64,000 bases of DNA from an uncultured Nitrososphaeraceae archaeon (GTDB lineage: Archaea; Thermoproteota; Nitrososphaeria; Nitrososphaerales; Nitrososphaeraceae). A program made the translations under genes and the position numbers. Every line of letters begins with the position of its first letter. Position 1 is the stretch's first letter. The notes beneath the pieces were generated by a model. That model ran no database searches and was not told where the DNA came from. It worked only from the letters and a program-made list of their open reading frames with translations. Below are positions 1 to 10,836 of this stretch, piece by piece. The DNA lies in contig CAVSMN010000011.1 of the NCBI GenBank assembly GCA_963729045.1, forward strand, positions 64,001 through 128,000, read 5' to 3'.

Positions 1-579
1 TAGATCAGAATCAAAAATAACTTCTATGGTGTCTTTCATTATCCACGGGGCATAAACTTCAAACTGTCCCGATGGGATTATGTTCCTCCTGCCTTTATTT
101 ACTAATGTTCCGACTCCACGCGCATCAACAAAAAAATTGCTACCAAATACTTTTCCCCCTTGGATCTTAACTTCGAACTGATTCTCTTCGAAACTAACGG
201 AAATAATAGAACTCCTGGTGTTAATCTCAGCACCATTTTTCTGAGCTTGAAGTGCTATTTCCTTATCGAAAGATCTCCTATCTATCACTATAACCCTTTG
301 ATTTTCAGAATTTATGCCAAAAGAGCTATTTCGGGTCCGAATTACGGCGCTCTTTATTTCGTTATCTACGGTTTTTAATCTAGGGATTATTCCGAGACTT
401 TCAAGTGCTTTTTGGCTGACAACCCCTCCGCAATGTTCTGGGGTTCCAATTTCGTGATCTTCTTCTAGAACTAGAACTTTAAGACCTCTAGACGACATTT
501 CACGAGCCGCCAAAAGTCCAGAAACACTCCCACCCCCGACTATGGCATCATAATGGTCTGCTTTTAATGCTGAAGTCAA
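1..579 (-). CDS. FAD-dependent oxidoreductase, geranylgeranyl reductase family (5' part; runs off window; frameshift near 421-425)
   Basis: Manual translation from TTG 579: MTSALKADHYDAIVGGGSVSGLLAAREM...VLVLEEDHEIGTPEHCGG; after a 1-nt shift in a G run it continues ...VIVIDRRSFDKEIALQAQKNGAEI. FAD-binding loop, CGG and DRxxFD motifs. Confidence 0.8.
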   Translation of the reverse strand, partial: MTSALKADHYDAIVGGGSVSGLLAAREMSSRGLKVLVLEEDHEIGTPEHCGGVVSQKALESLGIIPRLKTVDNEIKSAVIRTRNSSFGINSENQRVIVIDRRSFDKEIALQAQKNGAEINTRSSIISVSFEENQFEVKIQGGKVFGSNFFVDARGVGTLVNKGRRNIIPSGQFEVYAPWIMKDTIEVIFDSDL

Positions 580-1003
580 AATTAATGAATAATATTAATT
601 GGACAATTATTTATTCTATAGAGCATTAATATCACAAAAAGATGATTAATCGATCTTAAAGTACAAGTTGTAATGTAAATTCAATAATCAACAGAATAGG
701 GGCTGATCTATAAAAAATGGAAAAGGAAAACTTTCAGAATCTTATCATTATTATACGAATTGAAGACACATTAAGTTAATTGAAGCTAAATAGATTATGT
801 ATAGAATGTATGATAAAAATAGACTCAATCAGGATAGAAATAACTATATCGATTAGTTGATTGCAGTTCAGCTATTTGATTTATGGTCACTGCTTGCACC
901 CAACAAAAAAATCTATACTCGGTTTAACTTGATCGAATGCAATCTGAAATAATATTGTAATAGTTTCCCGTCCATCCAAATCTATCAGACTCGTCATATT
1001 TTA

Positions 1004-2206
1004 TCAATTGCGTAAAATATCTATTCCAGGCATTTCATCTCCAGCTAAAAATCTAAGCGTCGCACCCCCTCCTGTAGAAACATGGGTTACTTCCTTCTCA
1101 GAAACCCCAGATATCTTCATGGCCTCTAGGGTATCTCCTCCCCCAATCAGGGTCTTTACCCCCCTCCAATATGCCAATGCCATACTTACAGCAACACTCT
1201 TAGTTCCGTTAGAAAATATTTCTTTTTCAAAGTACCCCATTGGGCCATTCCAAAAAATTGTGCCCAAGCCATTATTATGAATTTCAAAACTAAACTTTTG
1301 AATTGTCTTGTCTCCGATATCAAATCCTTTCATGTTTTTTGGAATATCCGCTTCAACAATATGGTATTGGCTACTATTATCAGAAGAAGCCACCTTATGG
1401 TCTATCGGCAGAATTATCTTATCGCTATAATCTCCTAAAGCCTTAGTAGCCCATGGTAAGTAGTCCTCTTCAATGAGAGAATCTCCCACAGAATAACCTT
1501 TTGCTTTAAGGAAGGTGTATGAGGCAGCCCCTCCTATGAGTACTTTATTTGCTTTGGGTAAAAGATGGTTCAAAGCTCCAATTTTATCCTTGATTTTCAC
1601 ACCGCCGATTACCAGCGTAAAGGGGACTGAAGGATTTTCTCTCAATAGTGATAAGTATTGCAATTCTTGGGTAAGGTTAAAACCAGCAATTCTAGTGTCG
1701 AAATACTGGGCAGTTCCATAAGTAGAAGAGTGTTTCCTATGGGATGTACTAAACGCATCGTTTACATAAATGTCAGCGTAATTAGCAAGTTTTTCAGAAA
1801 ATGCAGGATCATTCTTTTCCTCTTCGGAGTAGAATCTCAAATTTTCAAGTAACAATACATCGCCATTTTTCATATCATTTATAGTGTCAATAGTATCCCG
1901 ACCTATACAATCATCTGAAAAAGTAACTCCAGCATTAAAGGAAGATAACATCTCACCCAGTTTTATTGATACAGGTCGTAAAGAATATCTCAAGTCCTTG
2001 CCAGAAGGTCTGTCTAGATGGGATGCAAGAATAACTTTGGCACCCCGTCTTACCAAATATTCTATAGTTGGAATTGCAGATCTTATTCGATAATCTTCAC
2101 TAACAGCATTATCTTTAACCTTTACATTAAAATCAACACGAACAAATATTTTCTTGTTAAGATAAAACTGATCGTCAAAATCTGTAATGAATTTTATCTG
2201 TCCCAT
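1004..2206 (-). CDS. pgk: phosphoglycerate kinase (bacterial-type sequence)
   Basis: RVDFNV, SHLDRP, LLENLRF, NDAF..SHR, IFWNGPMG, HVSTGGGA motifs. Confidence 0.95.
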   Translation of the reverse strand: MGQIKFITDFDDQFYLNKKIFVRVDFNVKVKDNAVSEDYRIRSAIPTIEYLVRRGAKVILASHLDRPSGKDLRYSLRPVSIKLGEMLSSFNAGVTFSDDCIGRDTIDTINDMKNGDVLLLENLRFYSEEEKNDPAFSEKLANYADIYVNDAFSTSHRKHSSTYGTAQYFDTRIAGFNLTQELQYLSLLRENPSVPFTLVIGGVKIKDKIGALNHLLPKANKVLIGGAASYTFLKAKGYSVGDSLIEEDYLPWATKALGDYSDKIILPIDHKVASSDNSSQYHIVEADIPKNMKGFDIGDKTIQKFSFEIHNNGLGTIFWNGPMGYFEKEIFSNGTKSVAVSMALAYWRGVKTLIGGGDTLEAMKISGVSEKEVTHVSTGGGATLRFLAGDEMPGIDILRN

Positions 2207-3751
2207 AAAAGAGATAAAAATTATTCGTTATAAAATATTTGTTGTGAAATTTTGTTATATGGTAAATATGTGAATGGATAGGTTCAAAATATCATCAATT
2301 CCTTCTAAAAATAAAACAAGTTACCCGGCGATTTCTTTTATTTTGCCGGTAATGTCTTTAGGTCATCTTTTATACAGATGTATTAAAATCCTCAACCCTC
2401 TCCGTTCCTAACACATAGGTATACATATGTGGTGTATTATTTACCCGATAATACTAGTACCTAAATTCAGAAAACCTGTAATCTGTGTCATGAAATCGCA
2501 GTACGGAAAACATACGATAGAACATTAATAGGCCTTTGAAGGGGCGTATAATTGTAAAGAACTGGATGAATCTGCTTGGATATAATCATAAAAAGGAGAT
2601 ATTTGCCTCAAGAAAACAGAACCGACAAGCCAATACAGTCTTTTATGATAAAAGGCTATGTATGAGGGAGTTTAAAGGAAATATGCAGTATCATGATACC
2701 ATGTTATTTTGACATGATATAGACAATGACTATTGTATATCAAGCACAAGTGGATGTAGATAACTCAATCAAAGCACGTTAGTCAGAGCAAATGTTTACT
2801 TTTAAGTAGGTATGAATATATTCCAAGTATAGAATCACCAGTCAATTTGTTCTACGGATATATAAAAGCGACACAATGGCATACCAAAACATAATGAATT
2901 AACCATTTATATATTGTGCATGATAAGTATTTGCTTATATAACATTAATTCATCCCTTCGTCTGGTATATGGGGTAGAACGGCGTAACTGAACATAATAC
3001 GTCCCAGGTTTTAACTTTTCAGATCTTTAGAATATTATCATGATATAGATATTTCTAAAAGTAATATATTGTTAACCAAATTTTACATCTTTTTGTCCGT
3101 ATTTTATAATAACTATATAAAATACTTCTAATAATTTTCATTTCAAGATCCATATTTGGCAAAATTCAGACGGTTATTGACCACTCTATTCAATAATCTA
3201 ATTCATAAGTCTTCTTGTAATGGCGAATCAAAAATATATTAATGGAGAATTTAACTCTAACAATGGATCTTACTCTGCAAACTAATGGTTGATGGTCGTT
3301 ATATGTAATCAAATACAATTCATTAGGAAAATACACTTGGATGATTTGGTATAATGTCCACAGCCTTTATCGTCGAGCAAATCAGGGTAATTCCCTCTTT
3401 TTTTGTAGAAAAATAATAGGATTTGCATACTTTTTGGCTCTATTTGATCACGATCCATAACTAAATACATTATTTAGAGCCAACTTTGATCATAATTTAC
3501 GTTAAATCAGATATCTTTTTTCTTTTTTTGAAGTTTGGATTGAGGGATGTATTTTTGACTCAAATTTCCTCTTTAACCAATAAAGTATTCTTTAGGTTGA
3601 AATAATATTACAATCTTTACGACGCTCTTCTCAAAAATATTGTTGAATGTTAAAAATACAGACTATAAATACGGTAATCAGGTGATGTTGTACCCTGTTT
3701 TTGTTAGTCCATACGAGGTTAACCAGATTCTACCTATAAAACTTGAGTTAG

Positions 3752-3774
3752 CAGATGGGCTCGGTCGCCATCTG
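3752..3774 (-). terminator. stem-loop immediately 3' of rpl10e
   Basis: CAGATGG...CCATCTG 7-bp inverted repeat starting 3 nt after the stop codon; function inferred only. Confidence 0.3.
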
Positions 3775-3776
3775 AT

Positions 3777-4283
3777 TTAGGTTTGATCCTTCTTAATAGG
3801 AGTTATTTTAGTAATAGTTGGACATCCCACCTTACTTGAAGCCACTTTGAATGCCTTTTTAGCTAATTCTAAGTTTTCTTTCGTAACATGTGCTTCATAA
3901 ATGGTTCTTCCTCGTTCAACCCGTGCAGCCAAGCCTGTGGCTTTACCGAATGCACGTCTCATTCCCTCCTGGAGACGATCAGCACCTGCTGTAGCAATCA
4001 TTTTATTTTCTCTTAAAATTACATGCGGATAAACCCGTAGTCTCGAAAAAAAACTCATATCACCTGCTTGAGCCATTGTTTTATTACCTGCTAGCCTTGC
4101 AGCTTCAAGAGAGTTATGACGGATTTGAATTCGTTCTGTAACAGTTAATTCGACTAAATAATCATAATTACCTTTTGCTTGTCCAGATGCAAATCGAGCA
4201 ATTTTAATTTGAGGTTTACCCTTAATATACTCACGCCTTACATATGGCATACCACGAATTTCTCTATAATTGACACCTTTCAC
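3777..4283 (-). CDS. rpl10e: 50S ribosomal protein uL16 (L10e)
   Basis: YPHVILRENKM...AGADRLQEGMRRAFGK signature. Confidence 0.97.
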   Translation of the reverse strand: MKGVNYREIRGMPYVRREYIKGKPQIKIARFASGQAKGNYDYLVELTVTERIQIRHNSLEAARLAGNKTMAQAGDMSFFSRLRVYPHVILRENKMIATAGADRLQEGMRRAFGKATGLAARVERGRTIYEAHVTKENLELAKKAFKVASSKVGCPTITKITPIKKDQT

Positions 4284-4337
4284 AAATATTCCTCTCTTTA
4301 ATAAATAAATGAGGCTGTTGGCTGTGATTTATTTGTT

Positions 4338-5019
4338 ATGTCCTCAGAAAATAATGCTCGCAATGACCCTACCGAGTCCTCTCAAGTCGGTGGACCTACA
4401 GATTTAGATTTGGCATCACTTACCACAGAAACTTTCAATGAGAAAACCAGTAATGAGGAAAATATTGATTCGAACTTTCTGATAGAGGCAGTTTCACCAT
4501 ATGAAAGAAGGAAAAATAGTTGTTCCTGAGCCAAAACAGCAAGATCAACTGAGGAACAAGGGATTTGGAGAGGTCTTTAATAAAGAATACTTGTTAAATA
4601 GCCTAGAGAGCCTATATTTACTTCAAAATAATAAAATTAAAATTTACAAAAACAAAACAGAATATGATTTTTCTACTTTTTTGAAGACGATGATAAAAAA
4701 AGACAAAAAGATCTTGACAAAGTATTTGATTTTTAGAGATTTGAGAAGCAAAGGGTATGTTATCAAAGAAGGATTTGGGTTTGGAACAGATTTTAGAATC
4801 TACGAGAGAGGCGAATACAATAAGAAAACCTCAAAATATGTCTCTATAGGATTAAATGAAGGGACTAACATAAAAGCTTCGGAATTTGCCGAAGTTATTG
4901 AACAAGTAGAAAACATGGGCAAGTCTGTTGTTATTGCGGTTGTAGAGCGAAGAGGTGAAGTAATTTATTACAAGACTTCAAAGATGACATTTTTTGACAA
5001 CAAGAAATCCAAGAAATAA
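4338..5019 (+). CDS. endA: tRNA-splicing endonuclease subunit (probably the structural subunit; N-terminus split by a frameshift near 4490)
   Basis: LESLYLL, FRDLRSKGYVIKEGFGFGTDFRIYERG, IAVVERRGEVIYY; no His after the FRIY motif; ORF 4338-4529 overlaps and probably supplies the N-terminus. Confidence 0.85.
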
Positions 5020-5062
5020 GTCACCTGAGTCATGATCTAAACATATAATTCTCTCTTTAAAA

Positions 5063-5452
5063 ATGATAGATACAGAGATGTCAGGGAAAAATGATTCAGA
5101 CCAATTCAGAAGGGACATTTGTAATGAGATATTTGCAGTTGATAAAAACGTAAGGTTTGTTGGAATCGTAAATAGGGAAGGCGAAGTTATAGAAGGCGGA
5201 TTCCGAAAGGGAATTGAGCCATTACTTGATCAGAATGAAGAACAGGATATGTATCTCCAGTCTCTCTCAAATATCACCTTTTTTCAATCATTCTCAGAAA
5301 AATTCGGCCCAGTAGACTACTTATTGATTAAACAAAAGAAAATCACCATGATAACCATTCCCTATAAAGATGAGATATTATGTATATCAGTTTCTTCTCA
5401 ATCTGAAATTGACAGAATTAGGGATGAAGCTATCAAAATTGTTTCACCTTAA
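5063..5452 (+). CDS. roadblock/LC7-like small protein (thaumarchaeal DUF6659-like)
   Basis: IFAVDKNVRFVGIVNREGEVIEGGFRKGIEPLL pattern. Confidence 0.7.
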   Translation: MIDTEMSGKNDSDQFRRDICNEIFAVDKNVRFVGIVNREGEVIEGGFRKGIEPLLDQNEEQDMYLQSLSNITFFQSFSEKFGPVDYLLIKQKKITMITIPYKDEILCISVSSQSEIDRIRDEAIKIVSP

Positions 5453-5513
5453 CGTAGAAGGCGTTTCAATAAACTATTAAATAAAGTATTATATCCATAT
5501 ACCTTTGACTTAG

Positions 5514-5663
5514 ATGGAAAAAGTAGTTTGCGAAATTTGTTTTTATAAAGGAAATAAAACGGAATTTGAGGAAAGCAGTGATTACTGCATAGAATGTGTG
5601 TGTGATCATGCCATGTGCCCAAAGTGCAAAAAACCATATCATGCAGCCATGATTACCGAGTAG
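5514..5663 (+). CDS. 49-aa Cys-rich Zn-binding micro-protein (not in ORF track)
   Basis: MEKVVCEICFYKGNKTEFEESSDYCIECVCDHAMCPKCKKPYHAAMITE*; three CxxC motifs; AT-rich TATA-like element about 25 nt upstream. Confidence 0.75.
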   Translation: MEKVVCEICFYKGNKTEFEESSDYCIECVCDHAMCPKCKKPYHAAMITE

Positions 5664-5730
5664 TTAATATACCAAATTTGATCATGGGGATAGACTTATA
5701 GAACATACTAATAAAATGCTAAATACAGAC

Positions 5731-5826
5731 GTTACAAGACGATGATGAATACGATAGTCCCCCTATTACATTGAATTTATTTCAATTAAAATGAAGAGAA
5801 TAAACCGGACTTCCGAGTTTTGTGAC
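5731..5826 (+). ncRNA. C/D-box guide sRNA (candidate)
   Basis: Box C ATGATGA 5742-5748, C' ATGAAGA 5791-5797, box D CCGA 5813-5816, closed by a 10-bp terminal stem GTTACAAGAC/GTTTTGTGAC (2 G-U pairs); D' box ambiguous. Confidence 0.7.
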
Positions 5827-6167
5827 ATGATTTGGTACCAAATTGCCAAAAAAACAGAGTAAAATATTATCGTTTAATATTAGCATTTTGACGATGAAAG
5901 GTATTTGCTTTAAATTAGTCGCGGAGAAAATAAGCAGATAATGATGTGAAAGAGACCTACACCGAAAATCATCACAAAGTTTGTCAAACCGAGTACTAAT
6001 TTAGATCTCTATGAGATAGAAAATTGTTAAGTAACAAAATATAAGAAGTTTTGAACTATAGTTTATTACTTATGAAATATTTAAATTATATATCAAATTA
6101 ATAAAATTATTATAATATATGTTGCAATATTTATATAGCCTAAAAACACAATTAAAAGTAGATATTA

Positions 6168-6359
6168 ATGTTCAATGAAGATTCTTGCAGAAGGTGTGGT
6201 CTGATCCTGACTGCAATGTGCAGATGTAATGATTGCTTAGAGACTTCTTCTTGGATTTGCAAAAATTGTAACAACTCCATAGATCGCATACACTTTCATG
6301 GATTTGAAACATCTAATCCAGGTTCAAACAACGTTCACCTCGGAATTTATACCTCCTAA
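6168..6359 (+). CDS. small Cys-rich Zn-finger protein
   Basis: CRRCG, CNDC, WICKNC..HFH; TATA-like TTTATATA upstream. Confidence 0.65.
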   Translation: MFNEDSCRRCGLILTAMCRCNDCLETSSWICKNCNNSIDRIHFHGFETSNPGSNNVHLGIYTS

Positions 6360-6400
6360 CTCCACAGAAAATCCATCAATTTAGGTTAGGAGAAAACTAT

Positions 6401-7740
6401 TCAATATTTAATGGACCTCATAAAGATTTCATGATTACCAGGAGTATAATCCTCCCAAGATACTAAAACGATATTGTCCAATGCATCAATTGTAATAGAA
6501 GGACATTCTGAAATACCAGGGTTTGAACTCAAATTGTAGAATGTGTAATCGTCAGTTTGGTTAAAGCTTCTCATAAACAGAAAAATTTCCTTATTGAATG
6601 TCGGTTCAGAACCGACGGTCATATTAAATCCAGGTTCAACAAGACTACCCTCAAATGATGTGAACAATTTATCCTGATAAGCGAATGTATCTAAATTGGC
6701 CGCATCAAGAATTTGATTAGCAGAGATAGGAATTTGATCGATTGTAAAATTCTGACCACCATCTGAACTTTTTGCAGTAAAAAGATTTCCTAATTTATTT
6801 ACGGTGTCCCTCTGTACCCATGTTATGTATACGTATTTATCAAAAGCGGAAACTTGTGACTTACCGCTGTCAAAGCTGTCATCATGATCGAATCTAACTG
6901 GGCTGCTAAAACTTTTTCCAAGGTCTTCGCTCTTAATGAAATATATTCCAGGCTTATGACCCGTTAATTCCTCTTGCTCTTGAACGACTCTAGGATGGAA
7001 CCGATTATCGGCGTCTACATTCCAGGTAATATACACATTATTCTCATCTGCAAACACTTTTGGATAGGAATCGCTGCTATAATCTGAAAGTATCGTTCTC
7101 GCTACCAAAGGATTTACCCATATCATCACTAACTCGCAAAGCAACCGAAGAATGAGTAGAATTAGATTGTTGCCATACAACGAAGACATGTTTATCATTT
7201 GAATAAATATCAGCGTTAGATGCATTGACATTATCGTTACTTAATGAAAGACTTTCATCCAAATGTCTTACCTCCGTTATCACTAGATCGTAGGAATACT
7301 TGTTTATGACCATTAGAGTTGTCAACCCACGCCAAATAGATATTATTTCCTGATGAAGCGATATGTGGATGTTCTGAGAACCCAGAATTATTGCTGATGT
7401 TAAGGGTTTCATCGTTTGAAACATTGTCTAAATTGACGTTTTTAAAAAAATATCGTAATTTCTATCCTCTAGATTTGATGCTCGAGTTTTAAAGTTTGAA
7501 TCTTGCCAAACAAGGGAAAAGTTAGTTTTATCAATGCTTTGAATCTGTCCATATACGGAATCATTCTTATTATTGCTAAGGTTATACAACTGAGAAAATC
7601 TGAGTCATCAATTGATTAACTACTTTGGAGAACACAAGATTACTTTTGTCATTGTTAGAGTAGGGGATAATATTAGATAATGGGATTATCAGCAAAAATA
7701 GAAATATTGTCATTATGCTTCTAAATAGTGAGCTGACCAT
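6401..7740 (-). CDS. secreted BNR/sialidase-like beta-propeller protein (several frameshifts)
   Basis: Signal peptide from ATG 7740; repeated SxDxGxxF Asp boxes (SDDMGKSF, SEDLGKSF, SSDGGQNF) spread over different frames. Confidence 0.75.
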
Positions 7741-7825
7741 GATTTTTGTCAATAAAGTTACTTCATGGATTATTTTATATATTTTACTTTGGATTCAAAT
7801 TTCATCTGAAGATTAATCCTTCCTA

Positions 7826-8226
7826 TCAGGAAGGAGTATTTTTCTTTTTAAAATCTAACGACAAGGAATTAATGCAATATCTCAATCCAGTTGGATTGGG
7901 ACCATCATCGAATAGATGACCCAAATGGCATCCACATTTTGAACAAACTACTTCCTTTCTAATCATACCGTAATCATAGTCCATTTTTTCTTGAATATTC
8001 TCATTATTTGATGGAGCCCAAAAGCTTGGCCAACCTGACTTTGAATCATACTTACTATCAGAATCAAATAAAATAGAGCCACAGCACTTGCACGAATATA
8101 CACCATTTTCTTTATTGTGCAAAAGGTTTCCAGAAAATGGTGGCTCAGTGCCACGATTTACACATACTTCAAATTCCTCAGGAGTTAATTTTTTTTTAAA
8201 TTTGATTTAGAATATTCTTCTGACAT
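7826..8226 (-). CDS. msrB: peptide-methionine (R)-S-oxide reductase (frameshift in A9 run near 8190)
   Basis: GTEPPFSG, CxxC, SGWPSF, HLGHLFDDGP, RYCINS; adding one A to the A9 run joins ATG 8226. Confidence 0.93.
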
Positions 8227-8502
8227 TTATCGATACAATAATTGACTACATTATTTAAAAATTTAACGATCAGGGAAATCATCTTAATTCTCAAAATTAT
8301 GTTTATTGACAAATGTAACTTTGTTTGGCTTCTAACTTTAATGAAATTACGATTTTCTAAAATTATAAAAGGTCATTCCAGATCTGCCATAAAAATCTAA
8401 GCGATTGACATGTCGAAATCATTTTTCAAATTTTGAATCCCAAATGAGCATCCAAAAATAAAAGTTTTTATTTAATCTTGGGGCACTAACCATTGATTAG
8501 AA

Positions 8503-8814
8503 ATAGGCAAACGTAAAGTTTTAAACGAAGCTCACTTGAAGGAACTGGTCATGCCCCAGGAAGGAGAGTTATTTGGAAGAGTCATTAAATTAGTAGGCGG
8601 GGATAATATCATTGTAAAGAGTAATGACGGAAAAGTTAGGACATGTAGGATTAGAGGGAAGATAAAAAGGAGAATGTGGATACGTGATAATGACTTGGTA
8701 TTAATTGCACCATGGGATTTTCAATCAGATAAAGCAGACATTATTTGGAGATACATCAGCGCTCACGCAGACAAGTTAGAACAAGAAGGACATCTCGAAG
8801 GTTTGAACAGATAG
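8503..8814 (+). CDS. eif1a: translation initiation factor aIF-1A (probable ATA start)
   Basis: CRIRGKIKRRMWIRDND...PWDFQ..KADIIWRY; frame extends upstream as ATA-GKRKVLNEAHL, with in-frame TGA at 8494. Confidence 0.95.
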   Translation: MGKRKVLNEAHLKELVMPQEGELFGRVIKLVGGDNIIVKSNDGKVRTCRIRGKIKRRMWIRDNDLVLIAPWDFQSDKADIIWRYISAHADKLEQEGHLEGLNR

Positions 8815-8833
8815 AAATCACAGTATATTATAC

Positions 8834-8917
8834 TATTGTACCCCGCCACTGACCCACAGCAAAATCATAGTTAGCCTTACACTACGTGTATAACTCATTG
8901 CGCACTCTCTGACGGGG
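8834..8917 (-). ncRNA. H/ACA-like guide sRNA (candidate)
   Basis: Minus strand: basal stem CCCCGUCA/UGGCGGGG, internal loop, upper stem with tandem-GA K-turn-like motif, then ACA 1 nt after the stem; TATA-like GATATATAG 25-30 nt upstream. Confidence 0.55.
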
Positions 8918-9138
8918 ATTATTGATTATAAAATTAAACTGCTATATATCATTTAACTAAGAGAATTACATAGCTAAGAAAATACCCCTTTAGCAAGAAA
9001 TGGTCGGTCTTTGCTTTAGATTCATAAGGTTGCCCAGACACTCTGGAAATCAAAAATGAGCATAGTCATAGTCATAGAATTATATATAAAATAGAAATCC
9101 TGTATTACTGAGTTCTATCTAAACAAGACTACAAATCC

Positions 9139-10836
9139 TTATACGATGAGGACCTTATCAAGTTTCAGGATTTTAACTACCGCTGATAAGTTGAATTCGA
9201 AAATAGTTATTAACGTACGCAAGTTAAGATTATCCAAAACTTGAGGATGAATTTCACCAATCTCTCCAATTACATCATCTTCCAGGAAGATTTTTGCAGA
9301 ATGGCCTGGAAGAAAATAAGCAGTGTCATATCTTGGTGTAGTAACAAACGCATTGAAACAATACCTCATGAAAGATTCTAAATTGGATTTAATTTCTGTA
9401 TAGTCTGTCGTATTGTGAGCAATTGAAACACAGAGTGACCAATTTTCTCTGATTTCATTATTTGTCGTTGAGAATGTCTTACCTATCTCAAATAATTTTT
9501 GAGGATATTTTTCATGAATATTGTTAGAAAAGGTGTTTATTAAAGAGGGAATTAGACTGTTCCTCAATAACTCAAATTCGGTATTTTTTGAATCACCCAA
9601 AGAAACTAAATTTTTGTCTAAGTGATCATCTTCCAAGAAAACATCTTTGACCAAGTTTTTTGATATTACATTAGAATTGATAATTTCCATAAATCCGAGG
9701 CCAATTAATATATCACGCACTTTATCAAAAATAATAGATTGACTATTCTTTCGGCCAGGAAAATAAGTAGCAGGGTATAATGGTCCTAAATTGAAGATTC
9801 CATAACCAATAGCTACCTCCTCGGATACATCTACTTTATCAAACAAATCTATTCTATAACTAGGTATTATGCATTCTAGTTTCCCATTACCTTTGTCTAT
9901 ACCTTCACATCTACTTCTCTGAAGACATACCAAGATTTCGTCATGAGTTAGTTCGAGTCCTAATATCTTATTAATATAGTCAAAATCCAAATGTATTCGA
10001 TGTGGTTCCAATATTGGAGTAACAATTTCTCCATAAAAAGGAGAATCAACCATCAAAGAATACAAATCAAATCCCATATCGCTCAATTCAAACGACAGGA
10101 TTGAAAGTATATCCTTAGCAGACTTAGAATTCACTGAAGTAACTTCTATAAATAGATTACTAGTTAACAGATCAACTTTTGTTGTGTTTCCATTTATAAT
10201 AGGTGGAAATGAAATAACGTTATCCTTTGAGTCGATTAAAATAGGAACTATGTCAAACTTTTCCAAAATGTGACCATACTTTTTTCCAACATCAAAACCT
10301 GTAAGGATATTGTCAAGGCTGTATTCTTTATTTCCATCTAATGGCACAAATTTGATTTGTCTGGAAACCCCTTTATATGAAAGCGGAAATGTCAATGCAT
10401 CATAATTATGTAAACCGATTGAAGACTTTTTTCTCTTTCTACCTATCCCATTATGCAAATCTTCTTGCATGGATATCAATTGTGTTAATTCTTTGTCATT
10501 AATAGGAAAATCCCGTTTGGCAATTAAACCATAAATAATGGGTCTTACATCTTTCAATTGTTCATCTACTCGTATTAAACTTGAGGACGGCTGAAGATCT
10601 TGTATATCAGGACATCCTAATTCTACATTCAATATACCTTTTAGAGCTCTTACGATTCCGTTCTCAGAAGAAAAATCTGGTCGATTGGGATTAAACTCTA
10701 TCTTAATTTTATCATTATTCTTGTCAAATCCTTCTATATCGAGACCCAAGTATGGTAATTTTTCAATAATTTCATCTAAAGCCCTTCCAGGAAAGATTCT
10801 TGAGAGCAAAGATGGTCTAAGGTTTACTACAGGCAT
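9139..10836 (-). CDS. pheT: phenylalanine--tRNA ligase beta subunit
   Basis: IEFNPNRPDF, QEDLH..IGRKRKK.SIGLH, FPPIING, RIDL...D..EEVAIGYG. Confidence 0.97.
   Translation of the reverse strand: MPVVNLRPSLLSRIFPGRALDEIIEKLPYLGLDIEGFDKNNDKIKIEFNPNRPDFSSENGIVRALKGILNVELGCPDIQDLQPSSSLIRVDEQLKDVRPIIYGLIAKRDFPINDKELTQLISMQEDLHNGIGRKRKKSSIGLHNYDALTFPLSYKGVSRQIKFVPLDGNKEYSLDNILTGFDVGKKYGHILEKFDIVPILIDSKDNVISFPPIINGNTTKVDLLTSNLFIEVTSVNSKSAKDILSILSFELSDMGFDLYSLMVDSPFYGEIVTPILEPHRIHLDFDYINKILGLELTHDEILVCLQRSRCEGIDKGNGKLECIIPSYRIDLFDKVDVSEEVAIGYGIFNLGPLYPATYFPGRKNSQSIIFDKVRDILIGLGFMEIINSNVISKNLVKDVFLEDDHLDKNLVSLGDSKNTEFELLRNSLIPSLINTFSNNIHEKYPQKLFEIGKTFSTTNNEIRENWSLCVSIAHNTTDYTEIKSNLESFMRYCFNAFVTTPRYDTAYFLPGHSAKIFLEDDVIGEIGEIHPQVLDNLNLRTLITIFEFNLSAVVKILKLDKVLIV

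Noticed and set aside
1008..2233. Plus-strand ORFs within pgk, and similar antisense ORFs within trpS, purK, the PQQ gene, aspS and sufS
   Set aside because: Antisense shadows of well-supported genes
2321..2352. Imperfect hairpin TTACCCGGC...GCCGGTAA upstream of pgk
   Set aside because: Short, bulged, and without supporting boxes or repeats
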